Source: Stegostoma tigrinum
Lineage: Eukaryota
Assembly: GCF_030684315.1 (NCBI RefSeq)
Contig: NC_081396.1
Span: 1,488,001-1,552,000, forward strand
Direction of reading: 5' to 3'
Length of the DNA: 64,000 nt
Position 1 is the first letter of the stretch. The number at the start of each line of letters is the position of its first letter. Both the position numbers and the translations under genes were made by a program. Under the pieces are notes generated by a model, which saw nothing but the letters and a program-made list of their open reading frames with translations, did not search any database and was not told the origin of the DNA. This document shows positions 40,101-53,560 of the stretch, one piece after another.

Positions 40101-41939
40101 ATTTGGCCCTTCAAAACTTGTTCCATTCCACCAGGATGATACGTCTTACAACCATTTTCTTGCACTGTCCCCAAATCCATTATTTTCATTCGTGATCACT
40201 TTATTAGAGAGAGCAGTTTGCAAAGTTTGCTGATCACACTATCACTACTATTAGGTGTACAGAATAGGACAATGAATGTTGTTGTATCAATGTCAGAGTC
40301 TACTATGAAAAGTGTTGCCAGTTGGCAATGAATGATGCTCACGACCATTATAAGGAATATATACAGATATGATCCACATTCTGCACCACAGGAACACAGA
40401 AAATAGCTTTTGTGTAAGTAGTATTTTTAATGTTGTTTTAGTTATATGTCAAATTTGTCACATGGATCGCAGTGCACAGTAGAAGACGGTAAAACCAGAG
40501 GCACAAGCTCTGGTGGTATCTAAATGAGTCACTCGTTCTCTTTTCAGAAAAAGAAAAAGAAAAAGAAAATCACTCAGGGAAATTTGAAGACCTCTGCCCA
40601 TCATCCTTTCTTACCATCACAGTGAGGATCTCAGATGCAACAGAAAAGTATTTCACCAGCTAGTGCACAATATTGCAGTTTGACCATCTCAAACTGTTCA
40701 TTGAGATGGATCCTGGGAAACTTCATTTTGGACATCCATTCCTGGAACAAACACACAGGGTATATGATTAAATGGAATGAATGAATAACACATTGGATAT
40801 TTCCTCTCAGATTCATCAAACGACACAACTATTAATGTCAACACTGTGCAGAGGGAACACATGATATCACATTCGATAGCAAAGAACATAATTTTTGGAA
40901 ATGTGTCTTTTTTTTGTCTTATGTCAGCGATTGAGCTGAGAACCGAGGCAAGTTTCATTTATTGGGCAATTGAAATCCAGTTGCTTGAGCTGCAATTGGC
41001 TGTGTTCTCAGTTTCATTGACACAAGTGGACACATCACGGTGAGTGGGATACTAAAATACACTGGTTTGGCTTTCTCAATTTTTTGCTCTCGATGTCTTT
41101 CTCAATCCAATACATTTTTAAACATATTCAGGAATATAGCCTCTTCCTGAATTTCACACAACATTTTCATTTCACGTTGACTCCAATATCAGAAAAGTAA
41201 ATCATTTTCTTTGCTGGAAATAAAAAAAAAGACAACTATGTTAATACCATTCTCATATAAACGTACCAATTCCAATTGAGCTGAATATGCACAATGGATG
41301 CATATTGATAGATTTAGATCATCAAGGAAATGATTAATTGTTTAACTTTAATTGTCAACTTTAATGCAACTATGTCATTAGCTCCCAAATTTCCCTTGAG
41401 ATTAGGTAATATTTGGGAAGTGTCACTTGGCTGATAGGCAAAATATCCTGGAAGTTAAAAAAAGATAAAAATCCATTCACGCATTTGCTCCGTGCAGCAG
41501 AAAAATATCATGATGAATTGGAAAGTACACCGGTTGGCCGTTCGATTCTGATTTTCCCCGAACGAAGATCCTAACGAATTTGTCTGCGACGTGAGCTCCA
41601 TTTTGCATATACCTCTCATTATACCATTCTTATGTTGCAGATCGAAACCTTATCTAACTCACCTGTGAATGTGTTAATGACCAAGCATCTGCTGGTTTCT
41701 GTAGAAAGGCTTTCTGAATATTCAGGATTACCTGAGAGAATGGACCCCTCATTTCAACAGCTTTACAAGAATGTCCTTTGATTTCAACTTCGCTCACAAA
41801 CTTCCAGAATCCCTGAAAAAATGAAAACATCATGTCAGCAGCTATCAGTTCAAGGATTGACAGGATGTTTCATGTTTCAGTCAGAAGATCGCTAATTTTT
41901 TTCATGGTTTCATAATGGCTCTGGAAACGTATGATTTGA

Positions 41940-43030
41940 ATCCTGGATTGTAGTGACTGTCAGTTGATATATTTCTGACAGTTAACTAAATTGACTGGGT
42001 GATAGAAGCGATGGCGATAGTTGAGTTTCTATAATCGGACTGGAGGCCAGTGACGAACATTGAGGGCTTTGTTTCTGGTACGACTGCTTTTTTTTGACTT
42101 TACTCAGATGTAAGGACGAGATTATGAGGATCATGGTTAGTAAATTAGCAGATGGTACCGAAATTGATGGTACAGTAAGCAGTGAGGAATGTTGTCTCGG
42201 AGTGCAACAGTATCTTGATTTTATGGACCAAGTGATGTAAAAGTCACAGATAGAGTTTAATTTTGATAAACGAGAGGGTTTTTTTTGTTTTCGGGAAGCA
42301 AACCAGGGCACGACGTGCACGGTCAATATTAGGGCAATAGGTAGTGACGTTGAACAGAAGTGTGAGGCTCATTCTTCCTTGAAAGTGATCTTGCAGATGG
42401 ATAAGCTGTTGAGGAAGGTATTTGGCATGCTTTCCTGCATTGGCCAGAGCAGTGAGTGTATGGTTTGGCGCAACATGTTACGTGTGTACAAGTCATTGGA
42501 GAGGCAACGTTTAGAATACTGCATACAATTCTGAACATCCTGCTGTAGGAAGTGCATTGTCAAACTGGAAAAGGGTACAGGAACAAAATAAGAGAATGTT
42601 ACCAGGTCTGGAAGAGGCGCATTGGATAGTTTGAGCCCACATAGACTTGGAGTTTGTTGCCTAGAATTTAAAACCTTGAGGGCTAACCTTAACAATGTTT
42701 TTAATATGATGAGAGACATAGAAAGCTGAATCAGAACTGTCATTCTTTTTCGAAACGTGCACAAGATTTCAACACGAGAGGGCATAGATGATATGGAGAA
42801 CGTTTAAAAAGTGTCATGAACGCAATATATTGACACATAAAGTGATGCATATATTGAATGAGCTGCCAGAAGAAGGAATAGGAATGGCAGAATTGTAAAA
42901 CTTAATATATGTTTGGATAGACAATGAATAGGAAATGTTTCGAGGGATGTGGGGCGAACAGCGCCAAATGGAACCAGTTCAGTTTGGGATAACTGCTCAG
43001 CGAGTTGGCCTGAAGTGCCGGGTTCCACAG
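41940..43030 (+). mobile_element. Decayed CR1 LINE 3' half
   Basis: 'agtaaattagcagatggtaccgaaattgatgg' (SKFADDTKIGG relic) and 'ttagaatactgcatacaattctg' (LEYC.QF). Confidence 0.7.
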
Positions 43031-43989
43031 GGGATGACTCTACAAATCCATTAGAAAGAAACAAGCTTGGATCAAGCTGTATCCTAGTAATAATCCACTG
43101 TATACATTTTCTGCAATCTAACAATGTATTTTGCTCAAAAAGATTCATAATTGAAGACCCAGGCTCTTTTTATTTATTAACTGCGTAAGGATTAGCATTC
43201 ACAATAGGACTCCGTGTGCATCAATGCATGACAGTGCCCATCAACCTCAGATCATTCATGGGCAAGCAGAAAATACCTCAGGGTATGTGTATTCACTTCA
43301 GTGAGCCCCACTTTGAGAACCAGTAAATGTCACTGACAACAGAAACACATTTAGAATGTAACAGACATATATGATGAGGTTAATTCTGTTGATGATCTGG
43401 ATATCTCCATCTAGTAGGTACATCTTGCAGTGCCATCCCACAGATTTGTGAGGAAAGACAGAGGTAATCTAACCGAAGAGAGAGCAGCAACAGGATATGA
43501 AATTGACTGTTTGTCCAGAGTCAGGCAGCAATGATAGATTGGTACTTTTCGGGCTGCAGGAAAGCTTGTGGCTGAGTTACTCCGAGGTTCAGGAATGGGT
43601 CCCTTGCTTTTAAACCTCGTTTTAATTTCTGTATATAAATAATTCGAAGGTCAAAATTGACACACGAGGTGCTCTTTGATTCCTCATTTCACATTAATTA
43701 AACTCAAACAACAGAACGTTTTATAATTTAATAACTTTCAACGTGCATTTGGCCTTCCATTGTCGCATGTTTTGTTTTATCTGTACGTGTAGCTGTCGTT
43801 CTCTGTGATGGAAGATGTGACTGAGAGATTTTCTTCTCCAAGCAATTCCACTGACCACAGCGGCCTGAACATATTCATACTCGCCCTTCGACAGAAAGTG
43901 ATTCTTTGATGAAAACAAAATACATGGGGAGATGGAATCCCCAGAAAATCACACAATATTACTGACTGATTCAACTTGTCCTGTATCAA

Positions 43990-44213
43990 ATCTGGTACAG
44001 GCAGTGATTACAAATGCTTGAGTTCAGTCTTCAAACAGCGGTTGTTGAATTCGTCCAACATTGATTCTGTTCGTGATTATGATTCCAACTGCAATCACAA
44101 ACAAAAGTTGCAAGACATTTGTTGCTCCACATTTCAACTTTCAAGTGATCATCTTTATCTTCTGCTTTCTGCTCCACTGTTTATCTGCTCTTTCTTTCCA
44201 GAGATGAATAACA
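43990..44213 (+). pseudogene. Possible decayed TCR V relic C
   Basis: IWYRQ*..MLEF at 43990; 170 nt after the Trp comes 'ttc tgc ttt ctg', preceded by FQLSSD.LY; then CACTGTT + 23 nt + TGAATAACA as a weak RSS. Confidence 0.3.
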
Positions 44214-45772
44214 ACAGGTTTGAAGTCCCAGTCACAATCATAAGTCAAATCAGTGAAGGTAAATATTAAAAATGGCCGTGCCGCTTCTCGGCATCTGATG
44301 TAGCTCAAAACTATGGCCTGTTCTGGAATTGCCAGTGCTCACAACAATAATCTCGATCGGTTACAAATTAAATTAGGCTACCCAGGCCGTGATCGATTAA
44401 GCTGGCATCCCTCCTTGATGCAGACGTTGTCGACTTTCCAAGAAAACAAAAATAAGTCAATAGACAGCGCTGGTTATCACAGTGTCCTGAGATCTTAAGT
44501 GAATAAGAGCCCCTAGACACTCATTTAAAAAAATCTGATCCAGGTCAACAATCATAAGTTGGTAGCAAGAAAATGTAAGGAACTGGATGCCAGGCAAAAC
44601 GTACAGACAATGAATGTTAACATGGATCCTGATCCGAATGGATGTGGCACTTTAGAGTCAATACTTGTCAGTATTGGAAATGTGACATTGGGCGTCTCTT
44701 TAATCCTGGATCCACCTGAAATATTTCCCGACCCATTGGCAAACAAATAGAATAACGAGCAGTAATTTGTATGAAACGTGAAACATCCTGAGTGATCTTT
44801 CCATGGTTAGCACGAACACAAAGCCTTCACTTGTTGAGAATATGAGATTACAGCACCAAGTCTAAAAAGTAATTGCCACGTTGTTTTAATAGTTTTTTTC
44901 GATTTTGACCAAAAGGATCATTTGACTTTGTCATTAACTTTTTCTCGGAACACTGAGAGGATGGGCCATTAAATGTATCCATTGCCGAGTGAGAGAGAAT
45001 TTTAATGTACAGGGGAGAAAAAAGTGTTACTGTGTGGAGAGGAGAGGAGAGCGGAGACATGATGAAAGCAGTTATGAGCGCGCCAGATGGAATGGCTCAC
45101 TGGTGTATTCATGTTCCTACTCGTCACAGACTTTGGAAAATGCCCAATTGTCCCTAATCAGTTTATACTTATAGAAGTTCCAAATTTCGTGCCAATGGAT
45201 CAAACATAATCTTTCCAATGTGAATTTGGGCTGTGGGACACCACAATCTAAAGTGTCTGACTTAAGAAATAGGGACTGATTGAAACCAAAGATTTACTGG
45301 AACTCGTTCAATGAGAGATGAACGACAATGTATCATTTCTTCGCACAGCACATTGGCAATTAATTGTCCAATTCCACAGCTTGCGTTGACTAAATCATGA
45401 GTATTAAGTAAATTTTGAATTATTTCCACTTTCAACTGACAAATGAAGATCATCTATGCATTTGAAGAGAATGCTGTTAAGCTCGAAAGAAAATTAGCTT
45501 AAATCAAAAATTTTAAGGCATGATAACGAGGGCGTGGAAAATAACGACATCAATGTGAACGATTGGAGAGCGTCAGCTGCCTTCTGTCTGAATAACTGTG
45601 TGGTCTGCAGCTGATATCATGTATGTGAAACAAACCAGTCTGAACAAGGGAACAAGCCCTTCATTTGTTCATCAAGCGAAGGCAGTATTCTGTTCAAGTT
45701 TAGTCAATGATGTAAAATGACAAGAGTAAATATATTTTAAGCAACGTGGTGTTGCTTTTCGGATTTGATGTC

Positions 45773-45818
45773 ATGATTTCCCTGTGGGTTTTTGTAATAA
45801 TAACGGCCATGCCGCCCG
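45773..45818 (+). pseudogene. TCR V-segment leader exon
   Basis: MISLWVFVIITAMPP+G, 46 nt, phase 1; GTGAGT donor at 45819; 81-nt intron ending 'tttttgttgcAG' at 45899. Confidence 0.85.
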
Positions 45819-45899
45819 GTGAGTCAGGAAATAATTTGTTAGCGCATGTTTCATCTGTTTTACTCAGATTTTCGACAACCTAATTATTTTTTGTTGCAG

Positions 45900-46205
45900 G
45901 AACGAGCAGCCAAGATTCAGATTCCCCGGAATCACTTGAGCAAACAGTTCAGGAAGGAAATAACATAAGCCTGAACTGCAGTTACCAAACAACATATACT
46001 GCTCCGAATCTCTTCTGGTACGTCCAGTACCCAGGCGAACCTCCGAGATATTTATTGAAGAGATTCAGCAAGAAACAGGGAGACGAGTCTCAAGAAATAT
46101 CCAACGGCTTTTCTGTTTTTTGGACAAAGAAAAGAAGATAGTTACATTACAAATAACAACTGTTTCTCGCTCTGACTCTGCTGTCTGTCACTGTGCACTG
46201 AGCTC
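45900..46205 (+). pseudogene. T-cell receptor V-alpha/delta-type (TRAV-like) V exon, frameshifted
   Basis: GTSSQDSDSPESLEQTVQEGNNISLNCSYQTTYTAPNLFWYVQYPGEPPRYLLKRFSKKQGDESQEISNGFSVF [1 nt missing in T6 at 46116-46121] LDKEKKIVTLQITTVSRSDSAVCHCALS. Both Ig-V cysteines and WYxQ are present. Confidence 0.9.
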
Positions 46206-46246
46206 CACACTGATACAAAGGTTCAGTCAGCCCGTATACAAAATCC
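46206..46246 (+). other. Recombination signal sequence (23-type, spacer lengthened to 25)
   Basis: Heptamer CACACTG at 46206-46212 and nonamer ACAAAATCC at 46238-46246; the spacer ends in 'gtat', an apparent 2-nt duplication. Confidence 0.85.
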
Positions 46247-47039
46247 AAGGCGATCTCAACAGCTCACCTCCCTCGACACTACCACACTAACAGAAACACA
46301 CACACACGCACGCGCGCACGCACAGTTCCAAAATATCTCCACTGCGATTTGTGTAGTTTACTGTTCGATATGAAATCACTCTTTATATCGATTGTACAAA
46401 TCATTCATGATCGGGAGCAATGCATTTAATTGCGGCACGAATACTGCTACAAACTTAGTTCCTGTTTATCAATGACCAAAATCGGGTTTGACACTATCGA
46501 GTGATCAGAATTCAAGATAATGTTCATTTCAATTTTTATTCAGCAATCATCGAAGAGATCTTGCACTTGCATTGACTTTATTTTCGACCAATGTCGATGG
46601 ATCGGTGAATAATCCTGGACAAAATGGAGCTGGGTCTTGTACTGAAATTTGGCATGAGTGGATCAATGTAATCGAACTGAGTGGAGGAGAATGTTCATAG
46701 GTCCAAATGGCTTTGGTCCATCCGATACTGTGTGAGCATGTGGTGAGATCTCTGACGTAATGGCCTGGAGAAGAAAAGGAGGTAACAGCCATTTTTCTGT
46801 CGCCTGGTTATTCTGTCACAAATGGGCCAGTTGAATCACTAGACTCAAATGAGAGATCATCAGCTCTGGCTTGAAGCAGTTCAGCTTCAATTACTTCTCT
46901 TTTTAATCTACCATTTTTAATGGTAGGTTGTAAATTGAGAACAAGGGGAACATATCATACAGTTTTGTCTGAAGGGAACGGCCAAATGTGGAAGCTCAAG
47001 TGATAGGTCAGATACAATTGAGACCCTTACGAAGCACAA

Positions 47040-50000
47040 TGGTTAGGAAATCGTGGTCATGGAAGAAGGAAGCTGTGTCATCAGCGTTGTTTTGTAAGTT
47101 GTCATCACCTGAAAAGATTTGACAAATTTGAAGGAACTGGGAGGATGTGATGCAGTTCTTGCAAGGCATGGGATGTGCTGAGCTGCAGTGAGCGGGGGTG
47201 GGCGGGGGGGGGGGTGCGGGTTATGTGAGTCAATAGCTTTGTAGTGGCTGGTAGTGGACAGCTTATACACTGAAATGGAGACAGACAGAGATCAAGAAAA
47301 GGAAGGAATGCGTCCCAAATTGATGATCTGAAAGTTACAGAGGTTGGAAATGGGCAACAAAATTAATAACATTTTCAACGTTCTGGAATGAATTTCAAAC
47401 AACACTGAAGCAGTCGTCGACATATCGAAAAAAAAAGAAAAATAAGTTGTGGCACGGAGACATTGTCAGACTGGATTAAGGATCTTTCCAGATACCCCAT
47501 AATGAAGCTCAGATAACTGGAACCCATGTATTTGCCCACAAACACTCCTTTGAATTGGCCGAATTGAGATAAATCAAAGAAGAAATTGCTCAGTAAGCGA
47601 ACGGGACCAGTTCAGCAGATGAGAGTTGTCGTGGAAGCTGACAATTCAGGCCTCTGTTGGATGAAAATATCGGGAGCTGTCAGACCATCATAGTGGAGAA
47701 CGAAGTTATTGAGGGATTGGTCATCTGTGGTGGACAGGATGCATTTGAACCTGTAAACTGCAAACTGAGTATGTTGGACGACATCCGAGGAATCACAGAT
47801 ACGCAAAAAGAAGATGTTGACCAGCGGAGGGAGGATGGAGTCAAGGTAGGAGGAAATGAGCAAAATGGGGCAGGAACAGTCTGATAGAATGGGCCTACCA
47901 CTGGAGTTTGGGAGTAAGGCAGGATCGGTTGGTCCAAGGTGGGAACAAATCTAATTTGGAGGAAGTGTGTGTTGGGAGGGAGATATCCAGAGGTAATGAC
48001 GTCGATTATCGTCCAGGCGACAATAGCTTGATGTCCCGACGTACGGGCATCATCAAGTGGGTGATAGAAAGACATGCTTAGGAGCAGGTGTGTAGACTTC
48101 ACAAAGTAAGGATCAGTACGCCCTGCTACAACAGCACCATTTTTGTTGACTGGTTTGAGAACAAAATTAGATTGCAAATAAGTGTGCAAAGTGTGGCAAG
48201 TTTCGATGGGGTCAGGTTAGAGTGGGTGAGAGGACCAGAGAAATTGAAACGGCTCAGGGCATGACGCTAGATTTCAATGAAGTGATTGACAGTACGTAAG
48301 AGGCTGGGAAGAGGTACAGGTGAAGGTAGAATATTGGAGTCAAGTGAAGTGGTCAGTTTAACGAGGGCGATGTTCCCGCCTGAAGAAGCAAGCATGGAAA
48401 CAGAGGCAGTGGGGAAAAAATGTTCTAAATTATGATGAGCCCTGAATTCATTAAGTTTGGGGCATTAGGGTATGAAGTAGAGTCATTTGCCGACGACTGT
48501 ACATTCAGCATCAGAGATGGGAAGGTCAGCAACATCAGTGACCACAAGGCAGGATTCGCAGGAGTGGACACAGCATCTCAGAAAAAAAAGTGATGGCATC
48601 TCAGGGCTTTGCAGTTGGCTGGAAACAAAAATAAAGTGAGAACAACGAAAATTACAGCACAGGAATAGGCCCTTCAGGTCTCCAATTCTACAGTGATCCA
48701 GATCGCCTATCTAAAGCTGTCATCTATTTTCCAAGGATGTGTATCCCTCCGCCATTGTGCCTGTCTCTACCTCATCAGCAGGCAACGCGTTCCAGGCACC
48801 CACCAGCTTCTGTGTAAAGAACTTGCCACGCATATCTCCCTTAAGTTTTTCCCCTCTCACCTTGAAATCGTCACCCCTAGTAACTGAGTCTCCAACTCTG
48901 GGAAATGGCTTCTTGCTATCCACACTGTCTATACATCTCATGCTTTTGTGGAGCTCAAACTGGTTCCCCTGTTCCTCCTCTGGTAACCTTTTCCCTTATA
49001 ATGTAATTCGTCATAATCTGCTCAAACCCTCTTCACAACTAGTGTCCTCCATACCAGGCAACATCCTGTGAACCTGCTCTGCACCCTCTCCACAGCATCC
49101 ACAAACTTTTGATAATATGGTAACCAGAACTGCACACAGTATTCCAACACTGGAATAGGCCCTTCAGTCCTCGAAACCTACGGTGATCAAGATCCTAGAT
49201 CTAAAGTTGTCGCCTATTTTCCAGAGGATGTGTATCCCTCTGCTCCCTACCCATTTATGTGTCTGCCTAGATAAATCTTAGATGACAGACGAAAGTCCGA
49301 TATAAATGTAACATGACCTGCCAACTCTAGTACTCAATACCGCATCCGATGAATGAAAGCATGTCGTATACCTTCTTTTCCACTCTATCGAAATGCCTCG
49401 CCAACTTCAGGGTACAATAGACCTGAACAGCCAGACCTCACTGTGCGCCAATTTTCCCCAGGGCTTTTCCATTTACTGTATAGTTCAGAAGGAGAGGTCC
49501 GCAGGACTGACACTACAGTCCGTAAGTTGTTCGAGTTGCACTTCTCAATGTCTGTAAAAATGAGCTGACAGTTTTAGCTGACGTGAAGGATGAGGTGAAA
49601 CTGGGGAATTATGCAGTTTTGAGAGATGGTCAGCCAAGATTGCTGCAGAGTGGGTTCGAGTGTGTAAATATGCCAGTGAATGACGGTGATTATGGTTCAC
49701 AGGATTTGGCGGGAATAGCAGTCCAAGGTAACTTGTATGCCCCGAAGATATTTGTAACCTTGGGTGGATTTGAAATACGAAGTGTGAAACAGTTGATCCC
49801 GACCAAGAACTTCCTGTAGCCGGTCATTTGAATTATCCTGTTGGAAACTCGACATGTTTGTCCTCAGCATGTCGTCGTGTGGCCGTGAGACACAGCATCA
49901 ACCAGAGGATAACGTCTCATCTTCAGACTACGCACTGTAGAACATTTTGTAGGCCATATTGAGTTCAACACCTTTTACTTGTTTGCCATTTCTTCTTTTC

Positions 50001-50340
50001 CTTTTAGCTTGTTATCATGCCCTCCTCTCCCCCAATCCCAATAATGGTTCTTTCAAGTCTGACAGGAGACACACCATTGTTATGCTCTTCGCAAATTCTG
50101 ATCACTTAATCTGAACTATTAGCATCTTTTCTCCACCAGCACTCTATACCCACTAACCCCACACCCCTACAAATGGTAAGTTAAATGTTCTCTTCACACT
50201 TCACTTCAGCCCTGCAGAAGATCCATATCGGCGAAAAAAGTTTGATTGCTCGATCTCCATGGATGCTGTTGGTCCCTCTGTGAGATCCAGAATCTGTTGT
50301 TTTCGGTGCAGATCCCAGTATCTGCAGGGAATTGTTCCTA
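47040..50340 (-). mobile_element. Decayed Penelope element with nested CR1 3' fragments (~48640-49480)
   Basis: Minus-strand Penelope RT relic ('VLKPVNKNGAVVAGRTD.Y', ~48150). CR1 peptide 'VTRGDDFKVRGEKLKGDMRGKFFTQKLVGAWNALP' (48720-48941). A second copy of the same LINE tail at ~49150-49285. Confidence 0.6.
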
Positions 50341-51348
50341 CATTTTGTTGAATTGACTGCCATGTATGTTCAAGGAATGCCTACCGTGAAAACGTTTTGT
50401 TCTTTCCTCTGACAGGAGTTCTGCTTGACTTTTTCACAATGTATGCCTTCATTGTTCTCCATTTAACTGCTGGTTTTCAACAAGGAGTTGCCAAAACTCA
50501 CTCCAACAGCAATGTTCTCTTCCTCAGCAGCAGCCAACAACTGATACTTACCCTGCATCGATTTCAACTCATTTTTCTCCCTTCTGTTCTGGTGAGGATT
50601 GTGGCAAATGTTCATGCTACCAGTTCCACACAGTTGAGTGCAGTTTCACTTCAGCAATCTGAAACATTCATTTGGCTCCAACTGTAGAGTCACCATGTTT
50701 TCACTAGTTTACAGGGGTATTCTAAAATGGAAAGATATTACAGCTCTACGTTTTGCCTGCACGTCGAAACTTATTTAATGAGCTGAGAGGCTGTGAACGA
50801 TGGTCCTCCATTGCTAGACCAACTGGTATATCAACAAACGTCACCCTATTTGCATCTGCATTTCAACTTAAATGTCCTCACGCCAAAATCATAACGACAG
50901 TCTCCATCACCGTGTAATCTTCACTTGTCAAGTGACACCCACAGACCTCAGCAAAATCCGGCAAAAATCTCACTCTGAAGTAAAAGGTTGTGATTTCAAC
51001 TCGCAATATTTATGAAAACAGAATGTGGAATTGCATTACGCAGCCTTGATGCATTTTTATCTTTCAATTTGAGAGAGCATCCCGCATTGAACATTTGGAA
51101 ACAGTTAATAAATATAGGGCAGAACAACTGATTTGAGGCTTTAAACATTGAGGAAAAAAATTGGAAATGCGAGTTCACAAAAAGCCTCGTGGTCTGATTG
51201 CTTAATCGTTGTCATATAACAGACTATAAATTAGGCCGCTTAACGTGTACTTGGGAGAATTAAATAACAATTGTTTTTCCTTGAAAGTTGAAAGCACATT
51301 TCTTTCCAGATACTGTGTGGCAAGCAATCCTGAACAATTAGGAATAAT

Positions 51349-51590
51349 CCCCTCCCTACCTCCCCACCTATACTCTCCTCTCTACCTGTCTTCTTTTCTC
51401 TCCATTTTCAGTCCACCTCCCGCTCTCTCCCTATTTATTCCACTTCCCTCACCCCATCCCCGTCTCTGATGAAGAGTCGAGGCCCGAAACGTCAGCTTTT
51501 GTGCTCCTGAGATGCTGCTTGGCCTGCTGTGTTTATCCAGCTCCACACTTCGTTATCTTGGATTCTAAAGCATCTGCAGTTCCCATTATC
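51349..51590 (+). mobile_element. Penelope 3' tail with hammerhead motif
   Basis: Close match to 27330-27572; CTGATGA-A-GAGTC-GA-GGCCC-GAAAC-GTC at 51466-51493. Confidence 0.8.
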
Positions 51591-52109
51591 AGTGATACAA
51601 TTAAGAATAACACTGGGTTTTCTTCTGGATTGTTTACTGTCTTGGACAGTATGTAATGATACAGTATAGAGGGATATTTATGTTGGAATTTGTCAATGCC
51701 TTGTCTGCATGACAGAGATTTGTGTGAAACAAGTTTTATTCTTTGTTATCATTGACAGTGTTTGAACGAATGTTTCCAGCATAGTTCTCTGTGTTCAACA
51801 TTTTTGCTGATTAAAAGACTTGCTTGATCATCAATATTGAAAGTAATATCTTTATGAATCTTGTACAAACCTACAAACTACTGCAGGCAGAATGAGCAAA
51901 CTATCCATCCCATCACGTGACTGCTGTTGCGTGAAGGAGATAATTACTGTGGATTGATGTCAGCATTAACTTTAGAATCATAGCAACACTTCCATTCTGA
52001 CAAATCTAACACTCTAAATTGATCAATGCTGAATATATCAATGCCAGCACTGCCTGATTTTTTTGACTTGGGCACTGCTGCAACATTAAGAAACATCATC
52101 TCAAAAAAG

Positions 52110-53560
52110 ATCTTCGAAGGTCAATGACAGTCAACGTTTCGCAATAGTTGGACTGCAAACGTGGCAAGAAATGCCCAATGTTAATTCGACTGAATGTTTT
52201 GATCACACCCTGTCGTGTAATGGCATGACTGTGAATGACTCACAGTTTTTTCACTGGTAAAGTGGGCATGCTTCACAGGAGTTTTAACCATCAAATTTGA
52301 CAGTGGAAAAGGAAGTGGGGATGACCTTTAGAAGGGACAAGAGTCAGAATCTCGGAAGGATTGATTTTCACTGACAAGAACCTGGTCAATAAATGACCAA
52401 TAATGCAACAGATTAACATCAGAGAAGCACAAGACACCACCTTTGAATAGAATCTGGACAGACTTGGTGATCTCTGATGATCGCAGAATTCAACAGTTCT
52501 GAGAGCATAGAGACTGCGACAGGACTTCAAAATTAGGAGATGAAATTGCTAAAATCGTGAAGCCTCCAGACAGAAAGGCAGTGAGGGTATGTGAATAAAT
52601 TGGATTAGACTGACTAAAACTGTGGACAGCAAATCCTTAGGATGGGTTTAAATTGAATTCTCAGTTACAGGAGCCATCTCAGTGGCCAGCAAGCGGCCTG
52701 AAATGATTCCTGTATGAACATATCTTTCATTCAATGGTGAATATTGAGCCATAAGCAATGAGTTTTGAAGTTAAAAAGAAGCCATTTTTGAGCATGGAAA
52801 ATCAAAGAGGTGGACTCTTTCAGTTCCAGAATAGTGAAACAGATTATTTCGTCCCGCTCAGTGTCATATTTCACTTTCTTCACCTTTCACAGCAAACTTG
52901 TTGGCGATTGTAATCCTAGCTCGACTTTGACCAGAAACAACATTGGAAAAGCAATATAAAATCTGCGTTGACAACAGCAAGTGAAAATTTTATCATTTTG
53001 GGGTGTGTACATAATATGCCTTACCCAATGTGTTGTCAAGCACACAAAAAGTGCGAAATTGGATTATGACTGAATATGTCCCATGTGTTTGAATGAAAGC
53101 AGTTGCGACAAGACTCATCAAGATTGACACAGTCCAAGGCAAATAGCTTGGTCGATTTGCACACCATCCTCAACTTTCAACTGTTTCTCCATCAATCACC
53201 GAAGAACAGTTGCAACAGTATCTACCTTCCATCAGTTGCAACTATCGGGACTTCCATCAAAAAAATGCAAGCAGTGAAAAATACAATCCCGCAGGGAAAA
53301 CGAGACGATGCAAGGGGAATCTAGCAGCTTGAAATTCTCCTCCAAGCCACATACCATCGCGACTTAGAATGACATCAGTTCTTCTGCAGTGCCATTGAGT
53401 CAAGATGGATGGTACCCTTTCTCATATAGCATTGTGACCACCCTACACGCTGAAGAATAGGTTCGTTTGAAGTAGGGATTTCACATGAACTTGTTCGAGA
53501 GCGATTGGGGATAGGCAAGAGGTTCCGTTCCTGCTCGCGATGTTCATATCGTATGACTGC
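52110..53560 (+). mobile_element. Old CR1/L2-like LINE relic interrupted by the inverted duplication
   Basis: Collinear remnants on both sides of 52248-52924: '...gtggcaag...aatggcatgact' then 'ttgaccagaaac...cacagtccaaggcaaatagc...tccaagccacataccatcgcgacttag'. Confidence 0.5.
52248..52924 (+). repeat. Inverted duplication, arm 1 (677 bp)
   Basis: Reverse complement of 54835-55511 with about three substitutions seen; the twin ORFs 52291..52530 (-) and 55229..55468 (+) differ at one residue. Confidence 0.95.

Noticed and set aside
40700-41043. 'FGNVS' and other faint butyrophilin/B7 Ig-V-like words (similar hint near 50550-50650 on the minus strand)
   Set aside because: Conserved Cys/Trp spacing could not be reconstructed; likely chance.
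45787-45795. Perfect reverse RSS nonamer GGTTTTTGT in the V leader exon
   Set aside because: No heptamer at 12- or 23-nt spacing.
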